A stretch of 51,875 nt of DNA from Octopus bimaculoides (taxonomy: Eukaryota), in contig NC_068991.1 of NCBI RefSeq assembly GCF_001194135.2, positions 79,254,598 through 79,306,472 of the forward strand. Reading direction: 5' to 3'. Shown one piece after another: positions 1 to 13,314 of the stretch (position 1 is its first letter; each line of letters starts with the position of its first letter). Position numbers and translations under genes: made by a program. Below the pieces are notes generated by a model. That model had not been told where the DNA came from. It worked only from the letters and a program-made list of their open reading frames with translations, and searched no databases.

Positions 1-19
1 ATATACATATATATACATA

Positions 20-60
<41 letters not shown>

Positions 61-99
61 ACATACATATATATATATACATACATACATATACATATA

Positions 100-130
<31 letters not shown>

Positions 131-235
131 TATATATATACATACATTATATATATACATACATTATATATATACATACATACAGAGAGAGAGAGAGATA
201 GAGAGAAAGAGAAAGAGTGAGAGAGAGATAGAGAA

Positions 236-266
<31 letters not shown>

Positions 267-290
267 TACACAGATACGTATATATAAACA
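1..290. repeat. Compound microsatellite (AT/ACAT)n followed by (AG)n
   Basis: Directly visible; accounts for the spurious 130..369 ORF. Confidence 0.95.
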
Positions 291-1687
291 TTATGTCGCT
301 TAGTAACGACGTAAGCTGTGTCTTAAGCAGTGCAGTATAAAAGTCCTTGGCTAATTGAAGTGAAATCATTTCAGCCGGTTATATAACCGTAACAAAACAT
401 CCAAGATAATGTTAAACGAAGAGGAATCCTGCAACTAACAATATACATATTTTTGTTCCGATTCTCAAAAATATTTGAATAATTGGTGTTAAATTTCAAG
501 ACCTCCACGAAAATATAGAAATAGTTATTTTCACATTTACAATCTGTCACTTTTTCCTTTCCATTATCAATTCTATAGCTTTACATAATCACATTTCAGA
601 AAAATCGTGTGATATTTTAACATTTTAGTTTAGTTTTAAGAAGCATAATAATAGTTTAAGCTTTTCCAGATTCGGAATTCAGCAAAACATTTAATCAAAA
701 CAGGCATTTCACTGTTGAATGTTCTGTATTACATGTTTGTGTTAAGTTTGTTGTTATTTAACATGAAGGTGACCGTAAAGGCTACGATTGATGAAAATCT
801 GCAGACCAGATTTGACCAGTCATTATTTATTGATACATAAAATAACATTATACTCAGAAAATTAGGACCCAAGGAAACTAATGAGGTCTGTATTCGCATA
901 CAGAAAGATGGTAATAATTTCTAAGTAATAATAAAACTGCTTGTCGGTTGGCCAACAGAGTTAGTCTCTAGATTTCTTCTTCATCATATTCTGTGCCACA
1001 CTGATTTATATGCTTTTGAACAGATTTTTCGGAAGTTTTATAAAACACACTACTCTTTAAATAAAGATCGAGCATAAAAAAAAACGTTTTTGACTTGAAT
1101 GAATATTTACATTTCTTGAAATTAGTCTAATTAGATATTGGGTTTGGTTCACAGTTCCGAAGTTCATAAATTATTATTGCAAACTGGGCGAATCCAATAT
1201 GGTTCTAGTAAAAGCCTGTAGAATTTGCAATGAGATGAAAGTGTGACAAAAATAAATATTGTAATAAATGTACTAATACTTTATAGATTGTGTAATACCA
1301 ATAGAATTTTCAAAATTGTAGTTGAGGAGCAATATGCAATAAATTATAACGACATGCTCAAAATAAATTAAAGTGCTATTTTTTAAATACAAATATATAT
1401 TTTCACATACATGGATTTCTCAGGCTAATTTACTGGCGATTATTTTGAAGCATAAAAGTTTATAGTTCAACTTTCCGTAGTTATAGAACCAAGAGCATAA
1501 GTCCTTAGGGGCGACCCTGCACAAATTCATGTGGGTTAAAATTCTGATATAGTAGACATCCAGAAAAAAAAAGACGCAAACATACCAACGTTCAATTTTC
1601 ACGTATGTATTCAATATATCCATATATTATTAGAGAAAATTCTTCACGTACAGTTATGTATTTATGCATATATGCATNNNNNNNNNN

Positions 1688-1729
<42 letters not shown>

Positions 1730-3282
1730 AGAGAGAGAAAGAGTGAGATAGAGAAAGGAACCATATATAAGGGAATATATATTTTTATGTAAACATGAAT
1801 TATAGTTAGGAAAATAGGTCGACTTCAAATAACACTAGCATCATGTATGATAATTAATGCATGCACTTTTATTCATAAATATAATTGGCTTATTACAGAA
1901 ACTAGAAACAAAGTGTGTAGAGGTCATGCAATAAAGAGATGCAAGCGTCGTGTAATAATTGTAGTAATGCTATATATATATATGTGTCTGTGTGTGTGTG
2001 TGTGTGTGTATGAATACAAACTCACATATATTTGTATATGTTTCGTGTGTGTCTTCGTGTGCATGCATATGTGTCCGTGCCTCTGCAAAAAGAGAAGAGT
2101 TGACTCATCTTTATGATTAAAGTAATTCTAACCCTTTAACGATTTAATTCATAGCAAAGTTTGGGGCCAGAGCCAACCATTCAGCGAAATAAGAGCAAAT
2201 ATGCAACAATCCAACTATGGAACGTTCATTCGGTTATTGGTCTGAGTAGGCTTACTTTTACTAATGTATCCCCTATATTGGTATATACTGTATATCCTAA
2301 TATACAGACACATTTACGAGTACCTATATATTACATACAATATGACACATTTGTATATATATAATTTAATCCTGTGTATTTCTAAAGAAATTGGAAGCAT
2401 GACTATTTCTCACGTAATCGAACGAAACAACCTATTCATGTTTATCATAGAAACTCGAATCAATATTTGCTAGCAGAACGGTCAGGTTGACAGAACGCAG
2501 TATAAGCTCTGTTATTCAGACTCCTTGTGGCATTAAGATTAGGTACATCAATGTTGAATCATCTCAAAGGATTTCCTTTTACAACACAATACTTGACCTT
2601 TGTAGTGTAAACTTCTTTTAAAAATTAATACAAAGCAGATGCTTAACACAGCCCAGAAGTGACTTGATCGATTTTTTGTCAGAAAATACGGAACTTTAAA
2701 AAAAAAATACAGAAACTTGTATTCACCAGTTGCGACTAAATAAGATAATCTCTCCTCTTTCCTAACGTGAATTCTCAATTCGTTCGACATAATTCAAACA
2801 GTACATCAGTGGTTCTTGACAGGAATTTATATCTAAGTTTATCGTCAATTAAATGTGTCTACAAATGTTCATCTAAATATAAAATGAATTTAATGAAAGA
2901 CAGAGTCGAAATTTGTGCTATCAGAGTTCTTAAGTTTGAAGCAAATGACATTGGTTACAAGATGTTAGAGTATAACGTTCCGAGAGGATTTAAGAGTGAA
3001 ATATGACGTCATTCAGAGGAAGAGATAATAATAATAGCTACCAACCTACAGGACAGTAACTACACTTCTTACGTGGTGTTTTCCTTTTAATTATTCCACT
3101 GCCCTCAATCATTGAATCATGGGCAAACTAAAGTAGTTTTTCGTTTATATTAACTACGCCTCATACTGAATTTCTTTGCTAAACTAAACGAAATTGTATA
3201 AAGGTTTAATGACAAATGGAGTACAAAATAAAATAAAGGATATTTTAGGTTATAGAGTTCTATATTTAAGAGATGAGGATTT

Positions 3283-3508
3283 ATGTACATTATTTACATT
3301 TGAGGGATAATTGTCCTCATATAGTTTGTTAACACAACGTTTCGGCTGATATACCCTCCAGCTTTCATCAGGTGTCTAGGGGACATTTCGAACCTGGAGT
3401 CTCATTCCTACGGTATTTTTCGATGTGATTATTATTCAGGTCACTGCCTGGAATCGAACTCTGAATCTTGGGGTTAGTATTCCGCGCTCTTAACTACTGC
3501 GCCCACGG
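3283..3508 (-). mobile_element. tRNA-headed SINE-like element with hammerhead-bearing tail (left arm of palindrome)
   Basis: Minus strand reads GGGCGCAGTAGTTAAG (A-box-like) and GAGTTCGATTCC (B-box), then a body ending in a CTGATGA...GAAACGTT motif; reverse complement of 3513-3747. Confidence 0.8.
3331..3376 (-). ncRNA. Minimal type-I hammerhead ribozyme motif (Penelope-type), catalytic core intact
   Basis: Minus strand: GACAC-CUGAUGA-A-AGCUG-GAGGGUAUAU-CAGCC-GAA-ACGU-U-GUGUU. Stem I is 5 bp (GACAC/GUGUU). Stem II has an A.C mismatch at the first pair. Stem III is the palindrome ACGU. Confidence 0.75.
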
Positions 3509-3512
3509 TCAT

Positions 3513-3747
3513 ATGTCATAGTGGTTAAGAGCGCAGGCTACCAACACCAAGATTCCGAGTTCGATTCTAAGCAGTGACCTGAATAATAACAACAACAACA
3601 AATTCGAAAAATACCTTAGGAATGAGAACCCAGGTTCGAAATGTCGCCAAGACACCTGATTAAGGCTGGAGGTTATATCAGCCAAAACGTTGTGTAAACA
3701 ACAAACAAGATGAGGAAAAATATCCGTGAAATGTAAATAATGTACAT
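3513..3747 (+). mobile_element. tRNA-headed SINE-like element with hammerhead-bearing tail (right arm of palindrome)
   Basis: TAGTGGTTAAG A-box-like and GAGTTCGATTC B-box; body matches the left arm in inverted orientation. Confidence 0.8.
3651..3696 (+). ncRNA. Degenerate minimal hammerhead motif (G8U, G12A)
   Basis: GACAC-CUGAUUA-A-GGCUG-GAGGUUAUAU-CAGCC-AAA-ACGU-U-GUGUA. Stems are intact but two catalytic G residues are mutated. Confidence 0.6.
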
Positions 3748-4601
3748 TTTAGGTTGTTTAGATACGTTTCTTTGTATTCGAGGTTCAGTTTCCTACGTGG
3801 TACATCTGCTCCCTTTCCATTATGTTTTCGTGAGTATTACTGAAATATGTGTAGAAATAATTTGTTGTAGTGAGCTACAAGTGGTGCTCTTGTAGTAGAC
3901 GTGGAAATCAGTATTTTATTTGATACAAACACACCAAGATACGACTTTTGTAAAACAGATCTGAATGCAGGAATTTGTAACTTGAATAAAGAGCGCTTGA
4001 CGATTAAAAGTCCAGCTTCTCATTTCGCACCCAGCGTAACATCTAGTAACAAATAAACAGAGACTAGTGCTGTATGTTTCACCTATAAATAAGCAATAAA
4101 TCAAGATACCGCAATCCTGCATCAGATATTAATACTTTGGTACAAAACCATCAACTTTTTAAAATTCTCTGATATATAACCAAACGGATATAGTTGATAA
4201 ATTGTCTGAAGTCTTCCATAAATAATTTTTACAAATGGAAATAGTTCACTCTGTGATGAAAGGTATACAGATCAATATGTAAAGCGATACATTGAATATA
4301 ACAAATAATCAGGAGAGCCAATTACATTATAGTTTGAAAGCATTACGTAAATATATATAACTAATAATAATAGAAGACTTCTCTGTGGGAATTATATACC
4401 GAAGCAACGTAATAATGTATTCTCTTATCAAATATGAAAATGTTGTTTATTCGATATCATCCTGATGTTTTAGAGTCTAAAGTTTGAAATTGCAGTTTAT
4501 TTTTAATGGAAACCAAGTATAATTTCTCATTGAATAATACTGGAGTATTAAGGCACCGGGCGACAGTTAAAAAAGTACATTCAGAATATGAATATGGAAT
4601 A

Positions 4602-4852
4602 CAGTAATCCCTTGCTATGTCGCGGTTCCCCTATCGCGGTTCCGTTATCGCGGTTCCCCTATCGCAGGTTACTGCTTAAGCTTACCGCGATTCCTCTGTT
4701 GTGTAGTTTTGTATTTTTAATAAAATAAATATATACAAATTATATAAATAAGAAAAATATATATACAGTACTGTACTGATTCTACTTCGCGGATTTTCAC
4801 CTATCGCGGGTGATTTTGGAACGTAACACCCGCGGTAGTCGAGGGATTACTG
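4602..4852. mobile_element. Tigger/pogo-type MITE
   Basis: TIRs CAGTAATCCCT(T/C)G...CGCGG at both ends, flanked by TA (4600-4601, 4853-4854); internal tandem TCGCGGTTCC subrepeats. Confidence 0.85.
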
Positions 4853-5543
4853 TATAACAACAGTAACGTAAACAATCTGCGCGCGCGAGCACGCGCACGC
4901 GCGCGCACACACAAGAACATCAAATACAACGAATTGATATAATCATGCTTTAGAAAAATATTTGTTTTATTCTTTTTTAATGCATTCAATGGTTTCCATT
5001 AGGAAATTTAATTACAGAGGGAACCATAAATCATATGAGTTTATAAATTGGAAATGTAAACAAGTTTTGTTTCGCTCTAAAGTAATTTTTAAGCTGAAAG
5101 ATGTTTGTCGAAAATTTAAGAATACTAAGCGAACTAGCAAAAGTTTGCAATTTCAGTTTTTTAATTTATTTTCTTTTAAATTTTATCATTTCTGATTCAC
5201 ATATATCTTGTCAGAGAGAACTTAGGTAAACGTAAAATATTTAAGCTCAAATCTAAGATGTCAGAAATGATGAATGTCTCACAGTAATAATTTGCTCATG
5301 AATTGCGTATCTTGTACATTGAGATAACATGGTAGACTAGACACTATATAATTTCACAGAGATTTGTACTTTTAATCATATGGTTCATTTTATTGTACAG
5401 AATTATATATTTTGCTCGCTATTATAATCAAATATCAGATTTTCTAAATGAATTGTCCTGATTTTTCACATTGACATAAAATAGGTGGTGTTACACTCTT
5501 GACTAAAAGGAGTCTGGACACAAGAACCGATGTGTTCTTGATC

Positions 5544-5756
5544 TTTTCTACTCTAGGCACAAGGCCCTAAATTTTGGGGGAGAGGACCAATTGATTAGAT
5601 CGACCTCAGTATGCAACTGGTACTAAATCTATCGTCCCTGAAAGGATGAGAGGCAAAATCACCTCGGCGGAATTTAGGCACAGAACGTAAAGAGATGAAA
5701 TATCGCTATGCATTTCGCCCGGCGTGCTAACGTTTCTTCTAGCTCGTGGCCTTCGT
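5544..5756 (-). mobile_element. SINE family A (core CCTTTCATCCTTTCGGGGTCGATAAA-TAAGTACCAG type) with 13-bp TSD
   Basis: Inverted match to the 50486-50680 copy; flanked by the direct repeat TGTGTTCTTGATC at 5531-5543 and 5757-5769. Confidence 0.85.
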
Positions 5757-5888
5757 TGTGTTCTTGATCAACGCTATTACCAAGGGACTTGTCCTTTCAG
5801 ATGCTTCTGCACCTTCGAAACCAAGACAGACTCTACCTTAAATTAGGATTTGGGACGCAGGTAGAGATTTATCAGCAAAATATCATCA

Positions 5889-6250
5889 AGCGCAGGCATG
5901 ACTGCGTAGTAAGAAGTTTGTTCGCCAACCATATAATTCTGGGTATATGAGTTTGGGTACAGGATTCCGGGTACATGATTCCCATAGCGTGGCACCTTGG
6001 GTTGGTGTCATCTACTGTAGCCTCGACCAGAGAGTTGTGAGTTAATTTGGGAGAAACTGAAAGAAGCTCGTCACATGCATATATGTATTGTATACACGTG
6101 CGCCTGCGTGCGTGTGTATGAGTGTGTGTGTGTGTTATTCACTACCGCGTGGAACCAGTGTTGATGGGTTTACGTCCCCGTCACTAAGCAAAATTTCTTC
6201 ACGGTGGTGCCCAAGCATGATCGCAGTCTCAAGGTCGAAACAAATGTAAA
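5889..6250 (+). mobile_element. tRNA-headed SINE family B (head, TG microsatellite, TTACGTCCCCGT tail)
   Basis: Head GCGCAGGCATGACTGCGTAGTAAGAAG...GGCACCTTGGG; shares its tail with other copies in the window (8355-8600, 47735-47845, 50225-50420). Confidence 0.75.
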
Positions 6251-6394
6251 AGCGATTTAACGAAATGATGTGAGGCATAGGTCTCTTCCATCTCTAGAAC
6301 TTGGAGATCTTGATGAGATAGATAGTAGATATAAAAAAAAGAGACAGGCAGACAGAAAGCGAACGAGTGAGTAAGTGAGATGGAAACTACTTTC

Positions 6395-6455
6395 GTTGTT
6401 TGAGACAGCTAACTCTGATAAAAGATCGGTGATCCAACAATTGTATTAGTCATTA
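6395..6455 (+). repeat. Strongly decayed hammerhead-like repeat relic
   Basis: CTAACT-CTGATAA-AA-GATCGGTGATC-CAACAATTGTA-TTAG: damaged core, GATC/GATC stem II, palindromic ACAATTGT. Confidence 0.3.
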
Positions 6456-6875
6456 ACAATATTGAGTAATTTAAGTAGATTTATTTGGAACAGAATCATT
6501 TATAAACTACATACGTCTGCTCCAAAAGATCGAAGGTGAACAATATCACTCTTTAACTGGTCGACCTCTCTTGAAGCGCATCAACAATAAAATAAGTATA
6601 TACACAAACTACTAGATTAAACATTATTATCGATTTTCTTCGTTAAATTTATATTTAATGGAAGCTTAACTATGGCATTGGATTTCGTCAGTTTGGTTTA
6701 TATTTTTACTTATTATGGTCATTGGTGTTCGGCCATGTTACAGCACCGCCTAGATGATTTCTATTCCTTTAATGTCTTATTATTGTCTGATTGTCGAACC
6801 ACTGCGGTAGAGGACATAGAAAGGTACGTTAGTTTCAAGTGATGTCAAAAGAAAAGACGGACATAGATACATACG

Positions 6876-6909
<34 letters not shown>

Positions 6910-7039
6910 GGCTCACATACACGCGCACACACACACACAAACACAAACACACACACACACACACACACGTAAATGCATATCTGTACACATTTACATCTTT
7001 TAAAAAATGTATTACATGCATATGTTGTGGTGAACACAC

Positions 7040-7250
7040 ATTTTCACACTCTCAGGTCTCAATTAGTAATGTGAGAGCTGATATGGTGAAAGGGCAGTTC
7101 CGTCTTATGCGGATACTTTTCATCTTATGAGACTGGATCAACGTAAAATGAAGCACATTATGGAAGGAAACAACACACATTCGAGGCTAGGAATCGAACT
7201 TAATACTTAATAATTCTAAGCCTAACACCCTAATAAATAAGACACGTGAC
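7040..7250 (-). mobile_element. Degenerate tRNA-headed SINE (third family)
   Basis: Minus-strand B-box GTTCGATTCC near 7190-7200 followed by a repeat-like body; family assignment from recall only. Confidence 0.5.
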
Positions 7251-7282
7251 TTGATAAAGATAGCTTTATATACTTTATATAT

Positions 7283-7321
<39 letters not shown>

Positions 7322-7572
7322 TCCAGCACATCATATCAAAGTCAAAAGGATTATTATTGAAAAATATACAAGTGCTAATGTACACAGTGGAAATCCTCTA
7401 AAAACGTTTTATTTTGTATGGATATATTACACCTTCGGGGCTTATATTCTAAACGGTAATTGGAAACTGGTTTTAAATGGAATTTTCATCATCATATAGG
7501 ATTTCCTTTATAATTGGATGTTAAATAATCTGCAATTTCTTGTTACTTAGAGCCATATAAATTTTGGTTCTG

Positions 7573-7616
<44 letters not shown>

Positions 7617-7749
7617 TTTGAATACTGATAACACTGAGAATTCATCTTCATTATTATTATTATTATTATTGATATTCGTATCGCTGTAAAATGCAAAAGA
7701 GTGTTGATTTAATGATGCTGCCATTTTCAATTCACCCAGAATCCGTACC

Positions 7750-7959
7750 ATTACTTGCTTCAGTCGTTTGAGTGCAGCCATGATGGAGCACCGCATTGAA
7801 GCGTTTAGTCAAACTAATCGACGCTAGTTCTTATCTATTTAAATTCTGGTATTTATTCTATCAGATTCTTTTGACAAATAAATAATTTACAGGAATGTAA
7901 TCCAACCAACGCCTCTTGATGAAAGGTGGGGAGACAGACACAAAGACACACACAAACAT

Positions 7960-7998
<39 letters not shown>

Positions 7999-8110
7999 AG
8001 CAGCGCACTTCTCCGCCGTGTCTCTCAACCAAATTCACTTAGAAGCCATTGCACGGCTTGCAGATATAAGAAAAGGCATTTTTCCAAATTACCCAAAGCA
8101 TATGAGTGAA
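7750..8110 (-). mobile_element. SINE family B copy (degenerate)
   Basis: TTACTTGCTTCAGTC...GCCATGATGGAGCACCGC tail, similar to 8365-8410; central (GT)n. Confidence 0.65.
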
Positions 8111-8354
8111 TGGCGACATTCTTAATTACAGTCACCCATTCACCTATAATGCATGTGTTCAAATATGTGATTCAGTAGAAATTAATAACGTAGAGAGAAA
8201 TTTGGAAATTGGAATTCCAATTTCTATCAAATAATGATGGCGAAGTCCCTGGATTACAAATTACAACCGTCCTTTTTTTAATAATAAAAGCTCAGAAGTT
8301 GTGTAGTACGAAAATATATGGTGGGACGAAGGCGGCAGGATTGGTAGCAGGGTT

Positions 8355-8600
8355 GTTTTTTCTTTTACTTGCTTCAGTCATTAGACTGCGGCCATGCTGG
8401 GGCACTGTCTTCAAGATTTTGTATTTAGACGAACAAATCGCCTCGAGGAATTTCATTTTGAAACTTAGTACTTATTCTATCAGTTCCTTTTGTCGGTCCG
8501 ATAAGTTACGGGGACGTAAACACACCGACATCGGTTTTTCAAGTGGTGATGAGGGCATAGAGACAAAGACACACATACATACATACATACACACACATAC
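8355..8600 (-). mobile_element. SINE family B 3' part
   Basis: TTACTTGCTTCAGTCATTAGACTGCGGCCATGCTGG...GTTACGGGACGTAAACACACC; homologous to 50225-50420. Confidence 0.8.
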
Positions 8601-8625
8601 ACACAGACACACACACAACACAAAC

Positions 8626-8680
<55 letters not shown>

Positions 8681-8701
8681 CATATATACATATATATATA
8701 T

Positions 8702-9098
8702 NNNNNNNNNNNNNNNNNNNNNNNNNNNNNNNNNNNNNNNNNNNNNNNNNNNNNNNNNNNNNNNNNNNNNNNNNNNNNNNNNNNNNNNNNNNNNNNNNNN
8801 NNNNNNNNNNNNNNNNNNNNNNNNNNNNNNNNNNNNNNNNNNNNNNNNNNNNNNNNNNNNNNNNNNNNNNNNNNNNNNNNNNNNNNNNNNNNNNNNNNNN
8901 NNNNNNNNNNNNNNNNNNNNNNNNNNNNNNNNNNNNNNNNNNNNNNNNNNNNNNNNNNNNNNNNNNNNNNNNNNNNNNNNNNNNNNNNNNNNNNNNNNNN
9001 NNNNNNNNNNNNNNNNNNNNNNNNNNNNNNNNNNNNNNNNNNNNNNNNNNNNNNNNNNNNNNNNNNNNNNNNNNNNNNNNNNNNNNNNNNNNNNNNNN
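8702..9098. other. Assembly gap (N-run) following (AT)n
   Basis: 397 N; the largest of eight gaps (others 1678-1687, 14340-14527, 25317-25416, 26167-26404, 35183-35192, 47358-47467, 51169-51188). Confidence 1.
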
Positions 9099-9279
9099 CA
9101 AACTTTGAAGTCAATATACAATGGAACTTGCCTCTATGTTACTAATACATATAAGACGTGTAGTAATAAAACAACTAAACGTCTTTGGAGTGATGCTGAA
9201 TGTTTTCCATGGAGCGCAGGATTAAAATATGTAGCAGCAGCAAAAGTAACAGTAATACTACTAGCTAGGAGTAGCAATA

Positions 9280-10070
9280 TACCACATCTATTTCTAGCAC
9301 ATTCTATGAAATTGACCATGCATTCTTTTCTTCATCCACCTATTTTCAGTTTCATTCGTTTTCAATTTCTTGTATAGTGCTTTATCTTTGCAATCTTCCA
9401 TCCTACACAAGCCTGATCTTCTTACTTCCAATAATTGCGGTTCTGTGGCATTTTTTACATATCATGCTATGGTGTTTCCTTCTGCTCTAATGCTGTATTC
9501 ACATCCAATAAGTCCTCTTCCCCCTCTTTTTCTTGGTACCTACAGTCTGTCTGTGTCACTTTTTGGGAAGAGTGACCCGTATTTAGTTAGCAACTTCCTT
9601 GTCTTTTTGTCTAAGCTGTTTAGTTCGTCTACTGTCCATGCGATTTACTCCTGCTCCATATCTAAGGAGTGAAACCACCCAGGTGTTGATAGCTTCGATC
9701 TTATTCCGTCCGTTTAATTTCGACTTAAGGATCATTCTCAGTCTGCGCAAGTACTCCACCCTAAATTTTTCTGTCATTCCTTTCTCCATCAATTTATCCA
9801 TTTACAATATCCCCAAGTATTTATAACTCGTCTCTTCTATCTACTTCATAACCTCCCATGACACCACACTAACACACCACACTTTCTCAGTCTGAACTCC
9901 ATTCTGATATCAGCACTGAAAGTATACACCGTATCAATGAGGGAATCGACTTGGGCTTCATTTTTGCCATAAAGTTTGAGGTAATCCATGAATAACAAGT
10001 GGTTGACTTTAGTTGGCGGCTTTTGAATACATACCCAGCCTTTGCTTTTTCAGAATCAGTGTTAGTGGCA
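9280..10070 (-). mobile_element. R4/Dong-like RLE LINE fragment (RT domain and downstream region), pseudogenised
   Basis: Translations HLLFMDYLKLYGKNEAQV, EYLRRLRMILKSKLNGRNKIEAINTWVVSLLRYGAG and VPRKRGGRGLIG, with stops and frameshifts. Confidence 0.85.
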
Positions 10071-10894
10071 TCGTGTACAGTACAAATATTATTATTATTA
10101 TTATTATTAGCAGTAGTAGTAATAATTGTAGTTGTAAAAGCAGCAGCAACATACTTTAATGTATCGGACTGGCCTTCGTTGGACGCAGAAGCTATTAGAT
10201 TTTCAATCATCATAGAAATTCTAACATATACACAGTTCATTCACATATGAAGCCATTAGAATTAAAAGTTCCATTTTGGCAACTTTTCAATAGAAAGTCT
10301 TCTTAGTCATCAGTTATTAAGTGAAGCTGCTCTTTGCAGACTGGACATTTCAAATTGCAGTCTTGGTTAAATGCTATTTATCAAGTGAGAGATTATGTTG
10401 TTAAACCATGTTGAAGCTATACGAGAGCAACAGCGTGATATCAGCTTTTTCTGCGCGTTATGTCCACTGCATGCGTCCAGAAATCAGCAGCATGCACATG
10501 CGCATATAAATTTGTGTGTGTATTGTAGTTTATACATACGCCAGGAAGAGAACTCAATCAAAGTAGTGAGTGTATATGATATGCTGTTATAGCGGAGTAG
10601 CTTAGATTCTTGACTCGATGGTCCAGAGTTTCGTCGTGAAGCACTTGCTGAGTGTGACAAATATAAGTGAATAAATAAATTAATATATATATAAGGTATA
10701 TATATATATATATATATATATGAATTTTATTCCGAAATATCATATCATACTATGGATGATTAAATTATAACAGTTATTATAGTCCACTGTTTGAATTATT
10801 GTGCATTGGTGTGTCATTCAAAATATCTTCTTTACAAATAATACACAATGCTTCAAGCGAACTACAATACTCTCATATATATATATTTAAGACA

Positions 10895-10951
<57 letters not shown>

Positions 10952-11234
10952 TAAATATTTATGGATATCTACAGAGATAGATAGGTAAATATGTATATAA
11001 GTAAGTACACAGGTAGGTAGACGTTTGCCATTAAACTTCATAACTATTCGGCCATATCACCTACAGCACCCAAAATTGCGGATTTAAAAGAAACCAATAT
11101 GAACGAACCAAATAACACCCATCGAGAACAATACCAGTCAATAACATGATTTTGCTTTCTTCCTTTTTATCTCCTTATGCTGCGACTGCCCTTATCTTCC
11201 TACGATAATATCAGTAATCTATAACGATGTTTAT

Positions 11235-11900
11235 CTTAAATGTTACAAAATAGACTAATAAACCATGCAGACTCTGCAACCACTAAGCGCCATCCACGGG
11301 AGGAACCAGAATTAAATTATAAAATAAAAACGAAAGCATCCACGAAATCCTTCCTTGTAAAAATAAGTGTGACACTCAACTTAGGAGTATTGCGTGTAAT
11401 TTTGATCAAGTATATTTCAGAGAAACATACATTCATACAAATGATACCCTATGCAGCCCCAAAACACCTGGGCTCTGTGACCTCGGAGAAGCCCTGGATA
11501 GAAAGCACTCAAGGAATACTGACGGAATATTCCCATCAAAACTTCTCTCAAATTTAAACATAACAGGCCGGATATTCTTGTTTGGGACGGAGGGGCAAAT
11601 GTATGTACCATCATAGAGGTCAGTCGCCCTGGAGATATAAATATCTCTTTGAAAATCAAAGAAAAAGAGGATATCTATGGGAACCTCCAGCTTCTATATC
11701 CAGACTATGAATTCATATTCATACCAATAATATTTGGCGCATTAGGTTTTGTTAGTAAATGCTTAAAGGGGAATCTGGATCAACTGGGATTTTCAGGAAG
11801 AGAAGTCGACCGGCTAATTCGTACATTACGGGTGCAATCAGTGAGTGGAACAGTAAAAATATGCACGACTTTTCTCAAGTTCCAAATGTGAATTTGTCTG
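11235..11900 (+). mobile_element. R4/Dong-like LINE 3' fragment encoding a restriction-like endonuclease domain
   Basis: KHNRPDILVWDGGANVCTIIEVSRPGDINISLKIKEKEDIYG...IPIIFGALG...: PD-(D/E)xK-type RLE motif; in-frame stop just upstream. Confidence 0.8.
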
Positions 11901-12373
11901 TGTTCACTATATCCCAAAGATGGAGTCTTATACCTGTTAGAAACTGGCTCCCTCCTCAGTGGAAGATTTGTAAGAATTAAAAAATAGAAAAGACATACAC
12001 ACATACATACATTTATAGATATATATGCGTATCTATGTGTTTCTATCATCAGTCTTCTGTGTATATCTATGAATGCATGCATGGATGGATGGATAGATGA
12101 ATGAAATTCTTGTCACAGTTTTTCCATCACATAAATTCCTTATTAATAAGTCGCTCAAAGATTAAATTTGCCTTTCATCCCACTGATATCGATGAAGTTA
12201 ATACAGGCTTCTATGCTGTCGATCGATTATTTTTGAGGGTACGTTACCAATATGATTAGCATCCACTGAAAAAGAGTATTTAGTGTGTATACACGTGTGT
12301 ATATGCGTCCTGGAATGTGCGTATTTGATCAATGTATTGCATGCTTGTGTGTCTAGTATGTATGCATACATTC

Positions 12374-12425
<52 letters not shown>

Positions 12426-13278
12426 TTACATATAAAGTATCATGATAGTTGAAAATACGGCACCGTACTTCAATATCTATGACTGAAAAATAAGATCACA
12501 TGTGCACATAAACAATATCTCATTACCGAATACTAAAACCCCCCAGCATTACTCTCGGTTTTGCATCTCAACATTTTAAATGCAGAATCTAAACTTGTAA
12601 AACTTTCTAGGCTTAATATACTAAAAGTTTCCTACTTGGCCTACGTTACAAAAGCTTAAATATTAATAAACATAAAAGAATATATAGTTTTACGAGCAAT
12701 ATGAAAATGTATTAAGAATGCAAACCGACTTAATTAACGTAAAGGCTCTTGCATACACCCTCAATCAGTGAGACAACGCTGATTACCAAGGATGGGCAAA
12801 AACTACGTATGGTTCATTGTGTATAATATAATCAAGCAATGATATTTTAACCATGATATATGGTCCAGACTTATAGGGAAAAAGAATGTACAAAATTATT
12901 GAATTACACATGGTATTTGAAAAGGAATCAATATATTTCGAACAATTAATTCGAGGAAGTTCAAAAGAGACAGTCTAAAGAGAGGCATCGTAAATTAAAG
13001 AAAAATTAATATTAAAACGCTTGCTTTACTTCCAGAAACTCATCTGTGTTGACAATTTTTATGACCTGATCCACTGATATATTATACCACAACCTGCTTG
13101 AATGAATTGAATTACCACATGATTTTTCAATAGTCAAAATCAGTCTACATCTTTAATCGTTTTAACTTACAATGTAATACTAGTCTTCTCTAATAATCGT
13201 CCTTCTCTATAAGGTTATGAATTTTTACTAATATGCCATGCATATTCTTACTATGATTTTAATCCACTAAAACATTAC

Positions 13279-13314
<36 letters not shown>

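Noticed and set aside
376-389. 14-bp perfect palindrome CGGTTATATAACCG
   Set aside because: AT-centred and short, with no associated terminus or repeat; compatible with chance in 52 kb.
3513-3580. tRNA gene
   Set aside because: A and B boxes are present but there is no cloverleaf or acceptor stem, and it continues into a repeat body; treated as a SINE head. The same applies to the other heads.
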